Assembly (NCBI GenBank): GCA_034660555.1 | Contig: JAYEJL010000187.1 | Coordinates: 1-31,184 of the forward strand | Source of the DNA: Thermotogota bacterium | Lineage (GTDB): Bacteria > Thermotogota > Thermotogae > Petrotogales > Kosmotogaceae | DNA length: 31,184 nucleotides | Reading direction: 5' to 3' | In this document: positions 25,523 to 31,184 of the stretch, piece after piece | How the letters are laid out: each line of letters begins with the position of its first letter | Numbering within the stretch: the first letter of the stretch is position 1 | Made by a program: the position numbers and the translations under genes | Notes under the pieces: model-generated | The model's input: only the letters and a program-made list of their open reading frames with translations | Told to the model about the DNA's origin: nothing | Databases searched by the model: none

Positions 25523-27604
25523 ATGAAACCCTTTGGGGTTATAGATAATGGTAAAACGATTACACTGTTTTCACGGGAAGAACCAACTAAAATTACAGCC
25601 AGCGGACGTGATATGGAATTCATAGCAACAAAGAAAAACGATTATTCCTACACAATCAAACTTTTACGTGAAATTATACCCGAACAGGAAATAATGATTT
25701 ATTTTTCTAATGATTGCCGGTGTTATGCGTATCCTGTAGGAATTCTTGATCAAAAATATTGTTATAAAGGTAAACTTGGAGTTAGCATAGATAGTGAGAA
25801 AAGTAGAACTGAGTTTAAAATCTGGGCTCCTGGACCCCAGGAAATTTACCTTGAACTCTTTGAACTAAACAATCTTGAAGAAGTGATCGAGGAATTTCTT
25901 TTTGAAAGAAAAGGAAGAGTAAGAAAAGTATTTGTAGGAAGAGATCTGACAGGATATGCGTATCGATTTAGAATAGAAGGATTTGGTACCAGGCTTTATT
26001 CAGCAGATCCTTACGGCATTGCAGCTACGAAAAATGGGACACATTCTGTTGTGTTTGAACAGGATAAGGTAATTCCTGATAAATGGGAAATGGATAAAGG
26101 TCCAGATATTGATAACTTCGTTGATTGCATACTATACGAAACTCATGTCAAAGATTTCAGCACTTCATGGACCGGTGGGCTCAGACACAAAGGCAAATAC
26201 ATGTCTTTTACAGAGCATTCACAGGACAGAGTTGGACAGGATACCGCTGTTGGTCATTTGAAAAAGCTTGGCGTAACACATGTGCATCTATTACCGGTTC
26301 AGGATTTTAAAAGTGTTGATGAGGGAGACTCCAATGCATATAACTGGGGTTATGACCCTTATCTATACAATGTACCTGAAGGTTCTTACAGTACAGAACC
26401 AGAGAATCCCAAAAAGAGAATTATCGAGCTAAAGGAACTGATTAAGTCGTTACACGATAATAATATAGGAATTATTCTTGATGTTGTTTACAATCATACA
26501 TACGAACTTGATAATCCCTTTCAGAAACTTGTACCCTTTTATTATTACAGAATCACAGAGAAAGGTGCACTTTCAAATGGTTCTGGATGCGGTAATGAAG
26601 TAGCGGCTGAAAGAAATATGGTCAGACATTTCATTATTCAGTCGTTGAAATACTGGGTTAAACATTATCATATAGATGGATTTCGTTTTGATTTGATGGC
26701 TTTACTTGGTGTGAAAACCATGAATAAAATAGTAAGCGAATTAAGAAAAGAGAAGAATAGTTTAATCATTTACGGAGAGCCCTGGATAGCTTCCGGTAGC
26801 TCTATGAGCGATAAGCCATTTATCAAAGGCTCACAGAAAAATCTCAATATTGCTGTGTTCAACGATGAAATAAGAAATGCTTTGAAAGGGCCGCTGGATA
26901 ATGAACAAACCGGATTTGTATCCGGTGCATATGGAAAGGAACTTGATGTTTGCAAAGGAATTATTGGAGAAATATCTTACTCAGCATTGTTGAAAGGCTT
27001 TGCTTCTGAACCAACTGAGACCATTAACTACTGTTCAGCCCATGATAATCTAACACTCATAGATAAACTAATTAAATCCTCTAGAAACGTACCATTTAGA
27101 CAAGTTTTAAGAATGGCTGGATTGGCCCTTGGTATTGTTTTAACATCTCAGGGAATTCCTTTTTTGCACAGCGGTTCAGAAATGTGCAGAACAAAGCTTA
27201 TGGATGAAAATAGCTATCGATCGAAAATACTGGTTAATGAGATCAATTATCTAGAGAAATATCATTATCATGATTTGTTTAATTATGTGGAAAAACTGAT
27301 TGCCTTTAGAAAAAAAGAACAACTGTTAAGATTGAAAAGTGCTGATGAGATCCGATCGAGGATAAAAATATTGCATGCTGCAAATCAGCTGATAGCCCTT
27401 GTTATAAATGGTGACGACAAAGAATTATTAATTCTTCATAACGCAAGCCATTATAAAACAAGCTTTAGTCGAGAAGGGAGCTGGCAGTTAAAATTCTTTG
27501 ATTTTCAAGCTATTGAAGATCCTAATTGTATAGCTGAGAATGAAATAGAAGTAACTCCAATATCTTCAACAATAGCAGTTAAAAAATATAGAGAGGAGGC
27601 ATAG
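25523..27604 (+). CDS. pulA: Type I pullulanase (GH13), no signal peptide
   Basis: Signature YNWGYDP, plus 'DVVYNH', 'GFRFDLM', 'YGEPW' and 'AHDN'. ATG at 25523 follows GGAGTG. Confidence 0.95.
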   Translation: MKPFGVIDNGKTITLFSREEPTKITASGRDMEFIATKKNDYSYTIKLLREIIPEQEIMIYFSNDCRCYAYPVGILDQKYCYKGKLGVSIDSEKSRTEFKIWAPGPQEIYLELFELNNLEEVIEEFLFERKGRVRKVFVGRDLTGYAYRFRIEGFGTRLYSADPYGIAATKNGTHSVVFEQDKVIPDKWEMDKGPDIDNFVDCILYETHVKDFSTSWTGGLRHKGKYMSFTEHSQDRVGQDTAVGHLKKLGVTHVHLLPVQDFKSVDEGDSNAYNWGYDPYLYNVPEGSYSTEPENPKKRIIELKELIKSLHDNNIGIILDVVYNHTYELDNPFQKLVPFYYYRITEKGALSNGSGCGNEVAAERNMVRHFIIQSLKYWVKHYHIDGFRFDLMALLGVKTMNKIVSELRKEKNSLIIYGEPWIASGSSMSDKPFIKGSQKNLNIAVFNDEIRNALKGPLDNEQTGFVSGAYGKELDVCKGIIGEISYSALLKGFASEPTETINYCSAHDNLTLIDKLIKSSRNVPFRQVLRMAGLALGIVLTSQGIPFLHSGSEMCRTKLMDENSYRSKILVNEINYLEKYHYHDLFNYVEKLIAFRKKEQLLRLKSADEIRSRIKILHAANQLIALVINGDDKELLILHNASHYKTSFSREGSWQLKFFDFQAIEDPNCIAENEIEVTPISSTIAVKKYREEA

Positions 27605-27610
27605 CATAAT

Positions 27611-29522
<1,912 letters not shown>

Positions 29523-29536
29523 GAAGGAGGGTTAAC

Positions 29537-31184
29537 ATGAAAAGACTTATTCTTGCTTTATTGATAGTTGCTTCAATAGTCTTTTTGGTTTCATGGACAC
29601 CTGATGAAACAGCAAGAATTGGTGATGAAGAGAAAGAAAAGTATTTTGAGCTTGCTGAAGAAATTCTGAACGGTGTCGGGAGCGGTAATAGTAATAAGGA
29701 ACCTCTTAATGTAATCTTGATCTGGCATCAACATCAGCCCCTTTACAAAATACCTGGAACACTGGAATACGAAATGCCATGGGTTAGGGCACACGCAGTA
29801 AATGACTATCCCTACATGGCTGATCTTGTATATGAGTATCTAGATAAGGGTGGTGTAACTTTTAATTACGTACCGAGTCTACTCCTTCAGATTAATGATT
29901 ATTTAGAAAATGATGTAATGGATGAATACATGAGGCTTTCTTACAAAGAAAGCTTAACGGAAGAAGAAAAGGAGTTTGTTATAGAACATTTTTTCGACAT
30001 AAATCCTCAATTTGTTGAAAAAAGCAGCCGATACACAGAACTTCAAGAGAAAAAGAGTAATAGTGAAGAGTTTAATGATCAGAATTTGATAGATTTAAAG
30101 GTGTTATGGAATCTTCATTGGATAAACGCTGATTATATCGAGAATGATAACAGACTGGCAGAACTAGTAAAGCAGGATGGAAACTACACTATGGACGATG
30201 TTAATTATGTTCTGGATAAACATTTGCAGATAATGGAAACTATCGTAGAAAAGCACAAGAGCCTCTGGCAGGAAGAAAAGGTTGAGATGATAACGTCTCC
30301 TTTCTACCATCCAATACTGCCTATTCTTATTGATAAAGGGTGGAAAGAAGATGCTGTAAACCAAATCGGTAGGGGTCTAGATTATTTTGAAGAACTCTTT
30401 GGAAAGAAACCCGCGGGATTATGGCCTCCAGAGCAAGCTGTTCATGACGAACTAGTCAATATCCTGCCTGATTTTGGATTAGAGTGGACAGTAACAGACG
30501 AAGCGATACTACAAAAAGCAGGAGTATCTACTGGAAATATAAAAAATCTTTTAAAACCGTACAGAATAAAGAACAATGGAAAAGAATTAATAGTGTTTTT
30601 TAGAGACACCGAGCTTTCAGATAAGATTGGTTTCAATTACTCCAGCATGACAGCTGAGAATGCAGTTAAAGATTTTATTACAAGACTCCATGAGCTTCAG
30701 GAGCTTAACGATAAGGGCAATGCTGTTATAGCGATAGCTCTGGATGGTGAAAATGCCTGGGAACATTATCCCAACAACGGAAATGATTTCAGAAAACTTC
30801 TTTATGCAACCCTTTCTTCTGATTCTCTCATTAAAATGGTTACTCCTGAAGATTACCTATCTCATTATAATGTTGAAGAAACACTCGATTATCTACCGAC
30901 AGGTTCTTGGGCTGGAGGTAGTCTTGATACATGGATAGGTGAAAAAGAAGAGGACGAAGGATGGGAACGCGTTGCACAAGCAAGAGAACATCTAATGGAT
31001 GTAAAGGATAAAATATCAAGTGAAGCTCTTGAATTGGCTACTGATGCATTGTATGTGGCTGAAGGTTCTGACTGGTTCTGGTGGTACGGTGCAGATCAGG
31101 ATGCAGGTAACAATGAAGTGCTTTTTGATAAAGCATTTAAAAGAAGCCTTATTCAACTATATAAAGTAACAGGTATAACTGAAG
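29537..31184 (+). CDS. Exported GH57 glycoside hydrolase, amylopullulanase-like (3'-truncated; not in ORF track)
   Basis: SD AGGAGG and ATG 29537; signal/anchor MKRLILALLIVASIVFLVS. In-frame GH57 conserved regions: WHQHQP, PFYHPILP, GLWPPEQAV (nucleophile Glu), ALDGENAWE (acid/base Asp), AEGSDWFWWYG. Confidence 0.95.
   Translation, partial: MKRLILALLIVASIVFLVSWTPDETARIGDEEKEKYFELAEEILNGVGSGNSNKEPLNVILIWHQHQPLYKIPGTLEYEMPWVRAHAVNDYPYMADLVYEYLDKGGVTFNYVPSLLLQINDYLENDVMDEYMRLSYKESLTEEEKEFVIEHFFDINPQFVEKSSRYTELQEKKSNSEEFNDQNLIDLKVLWNLHWINADYIENDNRLAELVKQDGNYTMDDVNYVLDKHLQIMETIVEKHKSLWQEEKVEMITSPFYHPILPILIDKGWKEDAVNQIGRGLDYFEELFGKKPAGLWPPEQAVHDELVNILPDFGLEWTVTDEAILQKAGVSTGNIKNLLKPYRIKNNGKELIVFFRDTELSDKIGFNYSSMTAENAVKDFITRLHELQELNDKGNAVIAIALDGENAWEHYPNNGNDFRKLLYATLSSDSLIKMVTPEDYLSHYNVEETLDYLPTGSWAGGSLDTWIGEKEEDEGWERVAQAREHLMDVKDKISSEALELATDALYVAEGSDWFWWYGADQDAGNNEVLFDKAFKRSLIQLYKVTGITE

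Overview
Gene-dense, AT-rich bacterial chromosome segment. Gene content and style (Wzi-like barrel, large DxDGD/FN3-repeat exported protein, argS with a TIGH motif, DUF151-ispA and thiI-plsC pairs, GH57 amylopullulanase, long mixed-function operons) suggest Thermotogota; this is an inference. It carries about 28 CDS, mostly housekeeping: argF-arcC, argS, suhB, ptb, ispA, plsC, thiI, infC-rpmI-rplT, mrp, mtnA, pulA, glyA and upp. It also has a tRNA-Lys(CTT), an L20-leader-type attenuator and several intrinsic terminators. I saw no mobile element, CRISPR array or recognisable defence island. Points of most interest: (1) a soluble non-RD Ser/Thr kinase whose glycine-rich loop can only be translated from a non-canonical start (SD plus ATC at 15441) or through a frameshift, in a window where infC also starts non-canonically; (2) a 48-aa tail-anchored microprotein starting MSIYDRDWYRE, absent from the ORF track; (3) a 2072-aa exported repeat protein with unrecognised terminal domains; (4) a tRNA-fused L20 attenuator with a visible 11-bp antiterminator; (5) an argF-arcC pair with no arcA, divergent from argS. 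The first gene is truncated at the 5' edge and the last (GH57, absent from the ORF track) at the 3' edge.
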